A stretch of 64,000 nt of DNA from Candidatus Heimdallarchaeum endolithica (GTDB lineage: Archaea; Asgardarchaeota; Heimdallarchaeia; Heimdallarchaeales; Heimdallarchaeaceae), in contig CP084167.1 of the NCBI GenBank assembly GCA_021513715.1, forward strand, positions 576,001 through 640,000, in the 5' to 3' direction. The position numbers were made by a program, and so were the translations under genes. This document shows, piece after piece, positions 29,099 through 39,261 of this stretch; the stretch's first letter is position 1, and the number at the start of each line of letters is the position of its first letter. The notes under the pieces are model-generated. The model was not told where the DNA came from. It worked only from the letters and a program-made list of their open reading frames with translations, and made no database searches.

Positions 29099-31096
29099 TT
29101 GACTTTACAAAACTCAGACTTTGACATTCCTGAAGAATTTTCTTCTTATAGCCAATTTTTAATAGAAAATAAGAAAATTATTTTACCTAAAATAAAAGAA
29201 TGGATGAAAAAAGGAAAAACATTTTTCCAATCCTTAGTCTATGCTTGTGATGAGATAGGTTCTGAATTACCCACTCCTGACGTTTTAAAACCTACTTTTT
29301 TGGAGATAGCAATAATTGGTTATTTCTTGTTAGACGAATATGAAAAAGTATTGAAAATAGAGACTATAAGTGACAACTTTCTTTCAAACTACTTTAAATA
29401 CAAGTCTGCATGGCTATTAGGGCACAAAAAGGCACAATCGTTTCTAGCTGACCTTGTTCCTTCTCTAATGGAATTAAAGAAACAAAATAAAGAAATTTAT
29501 GAAATATGTAATAATATAATCTCTCTTGAAGTAAGTTTCATTTCATCTAACAAGGAAAATATATTAAAACATGCTGCACAGTTCAAACAAGACCTTTTCG
29601 ATAAGTCGCTCATTTCTACTTTTCCTCTTTTAGCAGTCGAAATTGCAGGAGATTTAGCTTATAGAGAATATAGAACAGGAGATCCTGCTTTTGCTGGATG
29701 GCTTGAAATCTATAAAGAATTAGTAGAAGCTTTTAATATGGACAGTAGGAGGTTGGACTGTTATACCATTTTAGGAGGATTATATCGGTATAAAGGATAT
29801 TTAGAAGATGCAGATGAATATTATAACAGAGCTATGGAATTATCAGAAAAAATAGGTAATGAAAAGGCATATGTCGAAATAATAGCGAGGATCGCAGATT
29901 TTGAGCATACTAGAGGAAACTTTGATGTTGCTTTAAAACTCTGTCTTGATGTTATTCAAAAAACTGAAGAAAAAGGAATAATAAACAAGTCTATTTATAT
30001 AAATTTAGGAGAAATACTCATAAAACAACAAAAATATGAAGAAGCAGTTAAATATCTTAAGAAATTAGAAAATGATGAATCACAAGAAACAGCAATAATT
30101 AATATTTTGCATGGATATGCACTAACTAAATTAGATGAAAAAGAATTATACAACAGTGGGATAAAGTTACTTGAAAAGGGGGGAGCTCTGAGCGAGAAAA
30201 CTGGAAATAGAAGGTTTTTAACTATTTACTACTATTATAGAGGAAGAGCTCATTTAGATAGCTATGATTTATCTTCTGCAATAAAAAACTTTGAGATGTG
30301 TTACAACACAGCAATAAATACAGAATTTCAGTATGTCCTTCTTTCTCAAATCTATTTAGCTGTAGCATATCTTCACAGATTCAAAGTTTCTCAACAAGAT
30401 GCTGACCTCACACAATCAAAACATTATGTGGCAAATGTGATCACAATATGTAAAGAACAAAATTTACCCATCTTAGCAAATATTCTATTACTTCAAGGCC
30501 AAATTCTGATGATTTTAGAGGAATATATTGATGCAAAACACATTCTGGAGCAATCAATGTTTGAAGCAGAGAAAGCTGAACTCTGTTGGACAAAAGAAAA
30601 AGCTGAACAATATTTAGAACTTTTATACTCTGAAGAACGAATAAAGAATCAAATTTTGATTAATGAGATAACTGAACTGATAGATAATATAGCTAAATTT
30701 TCTTTTACAAAAAATATAGAACAATTACCTAATTTCTACTTTTTAATGCTTACTTATAAAGGGAAAGAATTAATCACAAAGAGTTTTGATAAAGAGTTTG
30801 AAGAGAAAATCCACTTGATTAGAGATTTAATACATGCAGTGTCTAATTTCAATGAATATGAAGGAATAAGAAGCATTAATTTTGAGGGAATAACATTAAT
30901 AATAGAAAAAATAAGTAATACAACAGCTATACTTGCATGTGATTCAGACAGTTTTAATGCAAGAATCAAAATCATTGAAATATTAAAAAACTTACAAAAG
31001 TATCTACAATCTATTGTTACTGAAGAAGATGAAATTTTCATAACAATATTAAAAGATAAAGCAAAAAGAATAATCGAGAATACCTTTGAAAGTTAA
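29099..31096 (+). CDS. TPR-repeat protein with a C-terminal longin-like domain
   Basis: TPR-like helices (LGGLYRYKG..A..YY..A; NLGEILIKQQKYEEA); tail FLMLTYKGKEL...LIHAVSNF...IRSINFEGITLIIEK. Confidence 0.65.
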   Translation: MTLQNSDFDIPEEFSSYSQFLIENKKIILPKIKEWMKKGKTFFQSLVYACDEIGSELPTPDVLKPTFLEIAIIGYFLLDEYEKVLKIETISDNFLSNYFKYKSAWLLGHKKAQSFLADLVPSLMELKKQNKEIYEICNNIISLEVSFISSNKENILKHAAQFKQDLFDKSLISTFPLLAVEIAGDLAYREYRTGDPAFAGWLEIYKELVEAFNMDSRRLDCYTILGGLYRYKGYLEDADEYYNRAMELSEKIGNEKAYVEIIARIADFEHTRGNFDVALKLCLDVIQKTEEKGIINKSIYINLGEILIKQQKYEEAVKYLKKLENDESQETAIINILHGYALTKLDEKELYNSGIKLLEKGGALSEKTGNRRFLTIYYYYRGRAHLDSYDLSSAIKNFEMCYNTAINTEFQYVLLSQIYLAVAYLHRFKVSQQDADLTQSKHYVANVITICKEQNLPILANILLLQGQILMILEEYIDAKHILEQSMFEAEKAELCWTKEKAEQYLELLYSEERIKNQILINEITELIDNIAKFSFTKNIEQLPNFYFLMLTYKGKELITKSFDKEFEEKIHLIRDLIHAVSNFNEYEGIRSINFEGITLIIEKISNTTAILACDSDSFNARIKIIEILKNLQKYLQSIVTEEDEIFITILKDKAKRIIENTFES

Positions 31097-31108
31097 AAAA
31101 AAAGAAAA

Positions 31109-32053
31109 TTATAACTTTGGTAATATTTCTTTTGAGAAAAGCTTCATTTGTTCAATTTCTTGGTTTCCAGGAAACATAAATATGAAGTGACTTACTCCTA
31201 ATTTTCTGTATTCCTTGATTTTTGAAGTTATTTCTTCAATTGTTCCATGCATTGCTCCTTCGTATCTCTTTTCAAGTTCTTCTAAAGTAAAACCTCTTTT
31301 TTCTGCAATCTCTTTCCAAATTTTTATTTTTTCTTCTTCGCTTTCATATATTCTAGTCCATATACCATAGCTTCTAAGAAGTGAATCTGATTTTCTATCA
31401 TTTTTCTCACAAAGTTCATCTAACAAATTCATTTTCTCTTCAAAAACTTCAAGAGGATAAGCCCAAGCCAAATTTATTCCATCTGCATATTTAGAAGCAA
31501 GAGTGAGCATCTTAATTTTAGCATACATTGTTCCTACCCAAATTTTCATTGGCTTCTGAACAGGTTTAGGAAAAGAGATGGCTTCCTTTAAATGATAATA
31601 CTTACCTTCAAAATTAACTTTGTCTTCTGCCCATAACTTTCTAATTATTTGAATAGCTTCTTCAAGCATACCTAGTCTTTCTTTTACACTGGGAAAAGGG
31701 ATGCCATAAGCTTTATACTCCAACTCTTTCCATCCTGCGCCGAAACCAAAGTCAATTCGGCCATTAGAATAATTATCTAATGAAGCAATTTGTTTAGCAA
31801 GAACTGAAGGATAACGATAATTATTACATAAAACTAACGAACCAATCCTTAATTTAGTTGTATATGAAGCCGCTGCCATCATTGCAATGATACACTCTTG
31901 ACTTTCCAAATTTGTTGCATCTGCATTTAACATAAAATGATCTGAAAACCAAGCGTGAGTAAAACCCAATTTTTCTGCATTTTGAACTATTTCTTTTATT
32001 TGATCAAAAGAATAACCAAATTGTGGTTCTATTTGTACTCCATAATATGACAT
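31109..32053 (-). CDS. LLM-class (probably F420-dependent) oxidoreductase
   Basis: AWFSDHF, LRIGSLVLCNNYRYPSVLAK, GRIDFGFGAGW, PKPVQKP. Confidence 0.88.
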   Translation of the reverse strand: MSYYGVQIEPQFGYSFDQIKEIVQNAEKLGFTHAWFSDHFMLNADATNLESQECIIAMMAAASYTTKLRIGSLVLCNNYRYPSVLAKQIASLDNYSNGRIDFGFGAGWKELEYKAYGIPFPSVKERLGMLEEAIQIIRKLWAEDKVNFEGKYYHLKEAISFPKPVQKPMKIWVGTMYAKIKMLTLASKYADGINLAWAYPLEVFEEKMNLLDELCEKNDRKSDSLLRSYGIWTRIYESEEEKIKIWKEIAEKRGFTLEELEKRYEGAMHGTIEEITSKIKEYRKLGVSHFIFMFPGNQEIEQMKLFSKEILPKL

Positions 32054-32211
32054 AACAATATCTGTTTTTCTAATTAAATAAAGGTTATTGTTCCCTAATT
32101 TTGCATTTTGGTTTTAGTTATTTTTATATAGGAATAACATTGATAAAACAGTCTATCTTTTCTCCAAATAATAAGGAAGCATTAAAATATAAGTTCAAGA
32201 AAAATGTATTT

Positions 32212-32622
32212 ATGCAAGAGTCTGCACTTTTTCGATATTTTGACCAATTAGAAAGAACTGACTTGCTATTTATCAATTTCGCATTTCTGATTATTATAAT
32301 TCCAGGACTAATTTTTGGATTGTTAAGTAAAAGCTCATGGATGCTTTATGTAGCTTTGGTCGTACTTTTTTTCTTTGTTTGTTGGAATTGTCTTTATTTC
32401 TATACCAAATTCAAACTAAACAAACAAGAAAAAGAACTTCTTAAAACTATTCCCAGTTTTCCACAACTCGACTTCTGTGATTATTGTGGTAAATCATTAG
32501 AAGATTCAGCTCCTGCAGTGATTGATAGTAATCTAATCATTGTATGCCCTCATTGTGGAAAAGAAAATATAGTTAAATCAGAGGAAGAAATTGAACAGAT
32601 AAATGAAAAAGCAGATTCATAA
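32212..32622 (+). CDS. Small two-TM membrane protein with a C-terminal Zn-ribbon
   Basis: Two hydrophobic helices, then CDYC...CPHC; first ATG at 32212. Confidence 0.65.
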   Translation: MQESALFRYFDQLERTDLLFINFAFLIIIIPGLIFGLLSKSSWMLYVALVVLFFFVCWNCLYFYTKFKLNKQEKELLKTIPSFPQLDFCDYCGKSLEDSAPAVIDSNLIIVCPHCGKENIVKSEEEIEQINEKADS

Positions 32623-32640
32623 TTTAAGGAGATATAACAA

Positions 32641-34329
32641 ATGAAAAAAAAAGCAAAAATACTTTTCTTATTAATTATTTTCTCAAATTTACTTTTTGTT
32701 TTAACAACAAATACAAACAACATTAATGCTTTGAAAGAGCCTATTAATAGTAATTCTAGTGAATTTAGGGCATATAGTTTCGCTGTTCCTTATATGTATA
32801 CTGATGTTACTATTAAAAAAGATGGCTCAATAGATATTTCTTATACCATTAATTTTACAAATTTTATTTTTGGAGACACTATCGACATTGTTGACATAGG
32901 CTTTCCTAATAAACATTACAAGCTTAGAAGTGTTCAAGCTTGGATAGATGGTTATGAGATTACTGACATTAGAAAAAGTGAGTACATTAGTATAGGAGTA
33001 GAGATACATTTAGGTAGTCATTCTATTTTACCTGGTGAGAGCGCAATATTGGAAGTTAAAGGAAATAATCCTAAAATGGTCTTTAAAGATGATACAAAAG
33101 AGAATTTTGCTAGTTGTGTTTTTAGGCAAACTTGGTTTAGTTCGCAATTTGCTTTTGGAGAAACAGAAAGAAGAGTAAGATTTTATTTTCCTGAAGACTT
33201 AACTAATATAAGTGAAGTAGAGAAAAGAGTGTCAGATTATAGTGTTGATTTCTCAAGAGCAAGTAATTATGTAGAGTTTTCCAAATCAAGCACTCCTTTT
33301 GATAATGACTTTTATGTGGGTGTAGGAATACCTTCAAAATATGTTGATAGAATGTATAGCGAATTTTGGGTTTACCATTTTGGTGAACTTGTTGCTCAAG
33401 TATTATTCTTCTTAATGTTCTTTGGTTTCTTTGCTTTTTTCTGCTATGGTTTTTGTATTTTACCAATAAAAGAACAAAAGAGATACCTTCCGCCTACAAT
33501 AAAATCCACTGGTGGAGCTGTGAGAATGGGGTTAAAACCCTCTGAAGCAGCTATTATACTAGAAAAACCACTTACTCTTGTTGCTTCTTTAGTTATTTAT
33601 GAAATGATGTCTGAAGGATTGATCTCTGTCAAGCAGAAGGATCCATTAAGATTTAAGGTAGAAATTTCTTCCAAAGAGAAATCTAACTTACCTACTTATC
33701 AGAAACATATAATAAATGGAATAAAAAAGAGAGAAAAATCTGATCTAAAATGGGAAAGAGGAAGTGTTTCTGGTGCTCGCCCTCATGATCCTTTTGACCA
33801 AGATTATATCAGAAAAGCTCTCTTATCTTTAATAAAAGAAACTACCAAGAAAATGAAAGGATTCAACCTGAAGAAAACAAAGAAATACTATAATGAATTA
33901 ATTGAAAGAGCTTGGATAGATATGAAAGAAGAACGCCCAGAACTAGAAAACGCTTTTCTATGGATAATGATTGATGAAGACTATGATGATAGAATGAAGG
34001 AATATTACGATGATTATTACTACCCTTCATGGTATGTTTATCACTATCACACACACTATTATGGCAGAAATAGAGGAGGTTTAGAAAAAGTAGAGGGTAA
34101 ATCAGGATTCAAAAGAACAAAAATTAAAGATAGAGGAAAAATAATTCCTGGACTAGATTTCAAGCGAATACAGAAAAATATAGTAAGAAGTCCCAAAAAA
34201 CTGCTCTCTTCTGTAAAATCTAAAACTAGACCTATATCTAGGAGTTCAGGTAGAAGTGGAGGAGGGGGCGGAGGAGGTTGTGCTTGCGCTTGCGCTTGTG
34301 CTTGTGCTTGCGCTGGAGGAGGACGATAA
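32641..34329 (+). CDS. DUF2207-like single-pass membrane protein with a Gly7-(Cys-Ala)6-GGGR C-terminal tail
   Basis: Signal peptide, DVTIKKDGSIDISY ectodomain start, TM near residues 250-275, L.PSEAAIIL, tail SGGGGGGGCACACACACACAGGGR; AAGGAG SD. Confidence 0.75.
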   Translation: MKKKAKILFLLIIFSNLLFVLTTNTNNINALKEPINSNSSEFRAYSFAVPYMYTDVTIKKDGSIDISYTINFTNFIFGDTIDIVDIGFPNKHYKLRSVQAWIDGYEITDIRKSEYISIGVEIHLGSHSILPGESAILEVKGNNPKMVFKDDTKENFASCVFRQTWFSSQFAFGETERRVRFYFPEDLTNISEVEKRVSDYSVDFSRASNYVEFSKSSTPFDNDFYVGVGIPSKYVDRMYSEFWVYHFGELVAQVLFFLMFFGFFAFFCYGFCILPIKEQKRYLPPTIKSTGGAVRMGLKPSEAAIILEKPLTLVASLVIYEMMSEGLISVKQKDPLRFKVEISSKEKSNLPTYQKHIINGIKKREKSDLKWERGSVSGARPHDPFDQDYIRKALLSLIKETTKKMKGFNLKKTKKYYNELIERAWIDMKEERPELENAFLWIMIDEDYDDRMKEYYDDYYYPSWYVYHYHTHYYGRNRGGLEKVEGKSGFKRTKIKDRGKIIPGLDFKRIQKNIVRSPKKLLSSVKSKTRPISRSSGRSGGGGGGGCACACACACACAGGGR

Positions 34330-34330
34330 A

Positions 34331-35644
34331 ATGTCAAAAGAAGAACAGAAAAAGATGTTTCATCTAAGAAACGAAGAAACCTTTACTAGGATGCATTTAA
34401 GAAAAGAAAAGAAAGGACAAGGAATATTGATTGTTAATGCTAATAGAATTTTTCATCTAAACAAAACAGCTACTGAATTCATTGAATATATAATAAAAGA
34501 GATGAAAGATGAAGAGATAATAAGAAAAATGGTCAATAAATACAATGTCCACGAATCAGAAATAAGGACAGATCTGATGAATCTAAAAATAGCAATAGAA
34601 GATATTGTTAATAAACCAGATATCGACCCTGTTCAAGAATTATTTGACGAAGACATGGAAATAGAGAGAATGATTTTTTCTGCCCCATTAAGAATGGACT
34701 TGGCTATAACCTACAAATGTAATAACAAATGTGTTAAATGTTATGTTGAAAAAAAAAGAGAAATAAAAGAATTAAAAACAGAAGAATGGAAAAAAGTCTT
34801 AGATAAATTGTGGGATATTGGAGTCCCACATGTAACATTTACAGGAGGAGAACCTACAACAAGAAAAGATTTGGTAAAATTAGTAGAGTATGCAGAAGAT
34901 ATAGGTATAGTAACAGGATTAATAACTAATGGAAGAAATCTGAAAGACAAAAATCTGGTAGATGAACTTGTAGCAGCAGGAATAGACCATTTCCAAATAA
35001 CGATCGAAAGCCACTTGCCAGAAGTACATGATAAATTAACGGGAGTAAAAGGCTCGTGGGAAGAAACAGTAGAAGGAATAAAAAATGTTGTACCCACACC
35101 AGTATTTATCATGACAAACACAACTCTAGTCCCAGAAAATATTAATGAAATAGATAAAACAATAGAATTCCTAGCTTCTCTAGGTATAGATCACTTTGCA
35201 GCAAACGGAATAATAAAAGCTGGAGGAGGAAAAAATGACTCACTAGACTTAACAGTAGAAGAACTAAACAAAACCCTAGATACAATCATGAAGAAAGCAG
35301 AAGAAATGAAAATGAGATTCCTATGGTACTCACCAACAAGATATTGTGAATTTAATCCAGTAAAAAAAGGACTAGGAGTAAAACAATGTACAGCAGCTAA
35401 CATAGCTATGGCAATAGAGCCAGATGGACAAGTAATACCATGCCAAAGCTACTTTGATACACTAGGAAACATATTGACCACACCATGGAAAAAAATATGG
35501 AACCATAAAACAGCAAAAAGAATAAGAAAAAGAAAATACTTACCCCAAGAATGTAAAAAATGCCCAGAAAAAGAAATATGTGGAGGAGGATGCCCTCTAA
35601 ATTATGAAGCGCCATCAACAGTCTGTAGAGATGCTCTATCTTAA
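34331..35644 (+). CDS. PqqD/RRE-domain radical SAM/SPASM peptide or protein maturase
   Basis: N-terminal PqqD-like LN.TA..I...I...MV.KY.V....I..DL; CNNKCVKC; FTGGEP; ITNG; SPASM C..(15)..PC and CKKC.....CGGGCP; ATG at 34331. Confidence 0.88.
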   Translation: MSKEEQKKMFHLRNEETFTRMHLRKEKKGQGILIVNANRIFHLNKTATEFIEYIIKEMKDEEIIRKMVNKYNVHESEIRTDLMNLKIAIEDIVNKPDIDPVQELFDEDMEIERMIFSAPLRMDLAITYKCNNKCVKCYVEKKREIKELKTEEWKKVLDKLWDIGVPHVTFTGGEPTTRKDLVKLVEYAEDIGIVTGLITNGRNLKDKNLVDELVAAGIDHFQITIESHLPEVHDKLTGVKGSWEETVEGIKNVVPTPVFIMTNTTLVPENINEIDKTIEFLASLGIDHFAANGIIKAGGGKNDSLDLTVEELNKTLDTIMKKAEEMKMRFLWYSPTRYCEFNPVKKGLGVKQCTAANIAMAIEPDGQVIPCQSYFDTLGNILTTPWKKIWNHKTAKRIRKRKYLPQECKKCPEKEICGGGCPLNYEAPSTVCRDALS

Positions 35645-35844
35645 GAAAAGATGTTATTCAATAATAATTGAGAAGGAAGAGATCTGATACAATTTAAACA
35701 GTTGAGAAATTAAAATAGTAATTAATTTATAGATCTCTAATTTTTTCATTCTATTTCTTTCTTATTAATAATATAAACTATATTTATCTGAAAAGAATAG
35801 ATTAAGAAAGCAAAAAAGTTTTTTATAATTATCAAGAATAATAA

Positions 35845-38800
35845 ATGAGTAAATTGTCCAACAAAAAAATAGAGATTATAATCTTAATTTTTCTTCTTAT
35901 TACAATTAAAATCTACCAAGTAGAGCAAATAAAAATCAATAATCAATTTGATGAAGAAAAAAAAGATAATAATAGGAAACATTATACCACAATACATCAT
36001 TCTATTGAAATTACTTCAGATGACAATTTTTCTTCATTTCCTGGTTCTGGTACTAAAGATGACCCATATATTATAAAAGACTATATTATTTATTCATCTT
36101 CCAAATATGGGATATATATTTTTAATACCACAAAATATTTTATTGTACAAAATTGTAAAGTAAAATCTTCATATCTTAGTGGTCTTTATATATCTCATAT
36201 TAAAAATGGAACAGGAAAAATACTAGACAATGAATTCAACAGCGATAATTATGGAATATATGTTGACTCTTCAAATAATCTCTCAATTATTAATAACATC
36301 TATTTAGCTAAATATGGAATATATATGCATAGTTCAGCAAATAATTATATAGCCAAAAATGAATTTTACTCTTTATTTAAAGGAATCAACATTATATATT
36401 CCAATAACATAACAATAGAAAACAATACTTATTTTGAAAGCACACAAATTTCCATACGTCTACTTTATTCTAGTAATAATACAATAATAAATAACACTTT
36501 TACAAAAGTAAAAAAAGCTATTTATATTTATTATTCATTTAACAATTTTCTAACAGGTAATAATTTTACTAATAATGAAGTTGCAATTAATCTCATTTAT
36601 TCTGATAAGAATTTTATCTTTAATAATTCCTTTCAACTTAGTGAAATTAATTCAATAAATTTGGAATCTTCATTAAATAATTCAATAATAAACAATTCAT
36701 GTTTTTATTGTGATAACAATTCTATTTATCTAATTAACTCAGAATATAATTTAATATCAAACAATAGTTGTTACAATTGTAATAGCGCTATTTATCTTCA
36801 TAATTCTAGTTACAATCTACTAGAACACAATAGATTGATAAATAATTTGAAATATGGACTTCTTTTAATATCTTCAAATAACAATGATGTTAAAACTAAT
36901 ATTATAGTAAAAAATTCTTTTTATGGAATAAATCTATTATATTCAAAAAATAATACTATTTGGTTAAATTATATAGTATTTAACAATGTTGCAGTATCAA
37001 ATTCAGTTCAAGTTAACGATAATAATGGATTAAATTATTGGTATGAACCCATAATTAAAAAAGGGAACTATTGGAATGAATTCACTTATGGAAAAAATTA
37101 TTCAATCAACCCAGGACTTACGTCAGACTTATACCCACAAAATTCTACAGATACAGATGATGATGGCTTACAAGATGTAATTGAAATAAACTGTTTCTTT
37201 ACAAACATATTTAGCAATGATACAGACAGTGATGGAATAATAGATTATTGGGAAATTGATAATAATTTTAATCCATTAATTAATGATTCCTCACTTGACC
37301 TAGATAGAGATAATTTATCTAACTTGGCAGAGTATCAAAATAATACAGACCCTCATGATCCAGATACAGATGATGATGATTTAAGAGATGGAGACGAAGT
37401 TAACATTTATCTTACTGATCCTCTTGACTCTGATACTGACGATGATGGTATGCCTGATGGTTGGGAAGTAGAAAATTGTTTAAATCCTCTAGAAAATGAT
37501 AGTTACAATGATCCTGATGATGATAGTTTAGTAAATCTAGAAGAATATAACTATTCAACAAACCCAACTAATAATGACACTGATGGAGATGGTTTATCAG
37601 ACTATAACGAGATATATAGTTATAATAGTGACCCCACAGATATAGACACAGATAATGATGGTTTGTTTGATGGACAAGAAGTTAATTTGTTTTTAACTAA
37701 CCCTTTGGATTCTGACACTGATAATGACAAAATAGATGATTATTCTGAAGTATATTCGTTTTTTACTGACCCAAACTGTAATGACACTGATAATGATGGT
37801 TTGCTTGATGGTCAAGAAGCATATATCTTCTTTTCAGATCCAAATAGTAATGATACAGACCTTGATGGCTTATCAGATTATGAAGAAATAATTTATAATA
37901 CTAATCTAAAAAATAGCGATACAGACTTCGACGGACTTTCAGATTATGAAGAAATAAAAGTTTATTTTACTAATCCAAGAAGTAAAGACACTGATAGAGA
38001 TGGAAGGTCTGATGGTTGGGAAATAGAAAATGGATATAATCCGCTAATGAAAAATGTTTTCTTTGTAAAGAAGAGTATCTTGATGATTCTATTTTATATT
38101 AACATTTCTTATTCTATTCTAATCTTTCTACTCTTGCTATATATTCTCACAATAAAAAAAATTCTAATACAATTTTTTCAATGGCAAGAAGAACATTATT
38201 TAGAATTAAATAAATTATTAATTCAATATGAAAAAGCTACAAAAATTGTTTTTCTTTCTGATTTTATAAAGGATTTAACACCAGTGATTAACCAAACTAA
38301 AGAAGAAGTAAAAAGTTACCCTAAATTAAGTTTAATAAAAAAGATAAATAATACGAAGCAAGCCTATAAACTTTGGAAAAAGAAAATAGACATAAATAAA
38401 TATGAAAAAATGTACAATGATTTTTATTTTAGTGTTACACAATTAAATTTTTCTGAAATCAAGATAATCGATAATAATAATGATATAAGTGTTGAAAATG
38501 AGAAATTTGATACACTCTTAAAAGAAATAATAAATGAAAGAAGAATGTTAAAACAATATAAAAATCTAATAACTGACATGAAGTTTATTTTTTCATTTTT
38601 ACCTCGTTTTTTGGATGAGAACAAGAAGTTATTTTTTAAACAAATAAATGAAGAAATTGAAGAAAAGTTTGAAAATGCAAATTCTTTACTTATTAAAACT
38701 CTGAAATTATCAATAATTAAAGGAAATAAATTGTTAGAAAAAGAAGAACAATTGTCTAAACAAATAATTAAATCACTCTCAAAAGAAATTTTGCATCGTT

Positions 38801-39225
38801 TTGCTATTTATGAGAATGAATTGAAAGAATGGAAGAAAAGAAGTGAAAATGTCTTATCAGAATTATTGGAGGAAGATCTAAAAGAAGTGGAAGATTTGTT
38901 TCAAGAAGAGAAAAACATGCTCAAGGAGATAATAGTTCAGAATGAAATCAAATATAAAGAAGTGAAAAGAGTAAAAGTACTTATAGATGTATTATCAATT
39001 TATAGTGAAATCCCTTTAATTAAGCTACAACGGAAACTTGGTTTTTCAAAATTAGAAGATTTGGAGAAATGGTTAATAGAACTAAGTTCGTTTCTATCAA
39101 TAAAAATAGAAGGAGATAAACTAATTATCTCAGAGAAAGCTACAAAAGAATTAACACAATCAATAGATGAATTAATTAAGAGATTCACTGAATGGGAAAA
39201 AACAGGAGAAGGAAAAAAAACATAG
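35845..39225 (+). CDS. Array member 1: NosD-like beta-helix, Asp-rich Ca-binding repeats, TM, coiled coil, type I conserved tail
   Basis: FPGSGTKDDPYII, Asn-ladder repeats, GNYW, many DTDxDG repeats, TM near residues 745-770, [20 protein letters not shown]. Confidence 0.8.
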   Translation: MSKLSNKKIEIIILIFLLITIKIYQVEQIKINNQFDEEKKDNNRKHYTTIHHSIEITSDDNFSSFPGSGTKDDPYIIKDYIIYSSSKYGIYIFNTTKYFIVQNCKVKSSYLSGLYISHIKNGTGKILDNEFNSDNYGIYVDSSNNLSIINNIYLAKYGIYMHSSANNYIAKNEFYSLFKGINIIYSNNITIENNTYFESTQISIRLLYSSNNTIINNTFTKVKKAIYIYYSFNNFLTGNNFTNNEVAINLIYSDKNFIFNNSFQLSEINSINLESSLNNSIINNSCFYCDNNSIYLINSEYNLISNNSCYNCNSAIYLHNSSYNLLEHNRLINNLKYGLLLISSNNNDVKTNIIVKNSFYGINLLYSKNNTIWLNYIVFNNVAVSNSVQVNDNNGLNYWYEPIIKKGNYWNEFTYGKNYSINPGLTSDLYPQNSTDTDDDGLQDVIEINCFFTNIFSNDTDSDGIIDYWEIDNNFNPLINDSSLDLDRDNLSNLAEYQNNTDPHDPDTDDDDLRDGDEVNIYLTDPLDSDTDDDGMPDGWEVENCLNPLENDSYNDPDDDSLVNLEEYNYSTNPTNNDTDGDGLSDYNEIYSYNSDPTDIDTDNDGLFDGQEVNLFLTNPLDSDTDNDKIDDYSEVYSFFTDPNCNDTDNDGLLDGQEAYIFFSDPNSNDTDLDGLSDYEEIIYNTNLKNSDTDFDGLSDYEEIKVYFTNPRSKDTDRDGRSDGWEIENGYNPLMKNVFFVKKSILMILFYINISYSILIFLLLLYILTIKKILIQFFQWQEEHYLELNKLLIQYEKATKIVFLSDFIKDLTPVINQTKEEVKSYPKLSLIKKINNTKQAYKLWKKKIDINKYEKMYNDFYFSVTQLNFSEIKIIDNNNDISVENEKFDTLLKEIINERRMLKQYKNLITDMKFIFSFLPRFLDENKKLFFKQINEEIEEKFENANSLLIKTLKLSIIKGNKLLEKEEQLSKQIIKSLSKEILHRFAIYENELKEWKKRSENVLSELLEEDLKEVEDLFQEEKNMLKEIIVQNEIKYKEVKRVKVLIDVLSIYSEIPLIKLQRKLGFSKLEDLEKWLIELSSFLSIKIEGDKLIISEKATKELTQSIDELIKRFTEWEKTGEGKKT

Positions 39226-39261
39226 CATTAATATCAACTTTAGAAGTTAAAATTTTTGAGA

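Noticed and set aside
34279-34314. Hexanucleotide microsatellite or assembly stutter
   Set aside because: Mixed TGT/TGC codons, in frame, framed by a Gly linker and GGGR-stop; better explained as a coded Cys-Ala motif.
34256-34330. ORF-track N-terminal extension of the rSAM protein and antisense Gln-Ala/Pro ORF 34059..34337
   Set aside because: Both are shadows of the Gly/Cys-Ala tail; ATG 34331 has its own SD.
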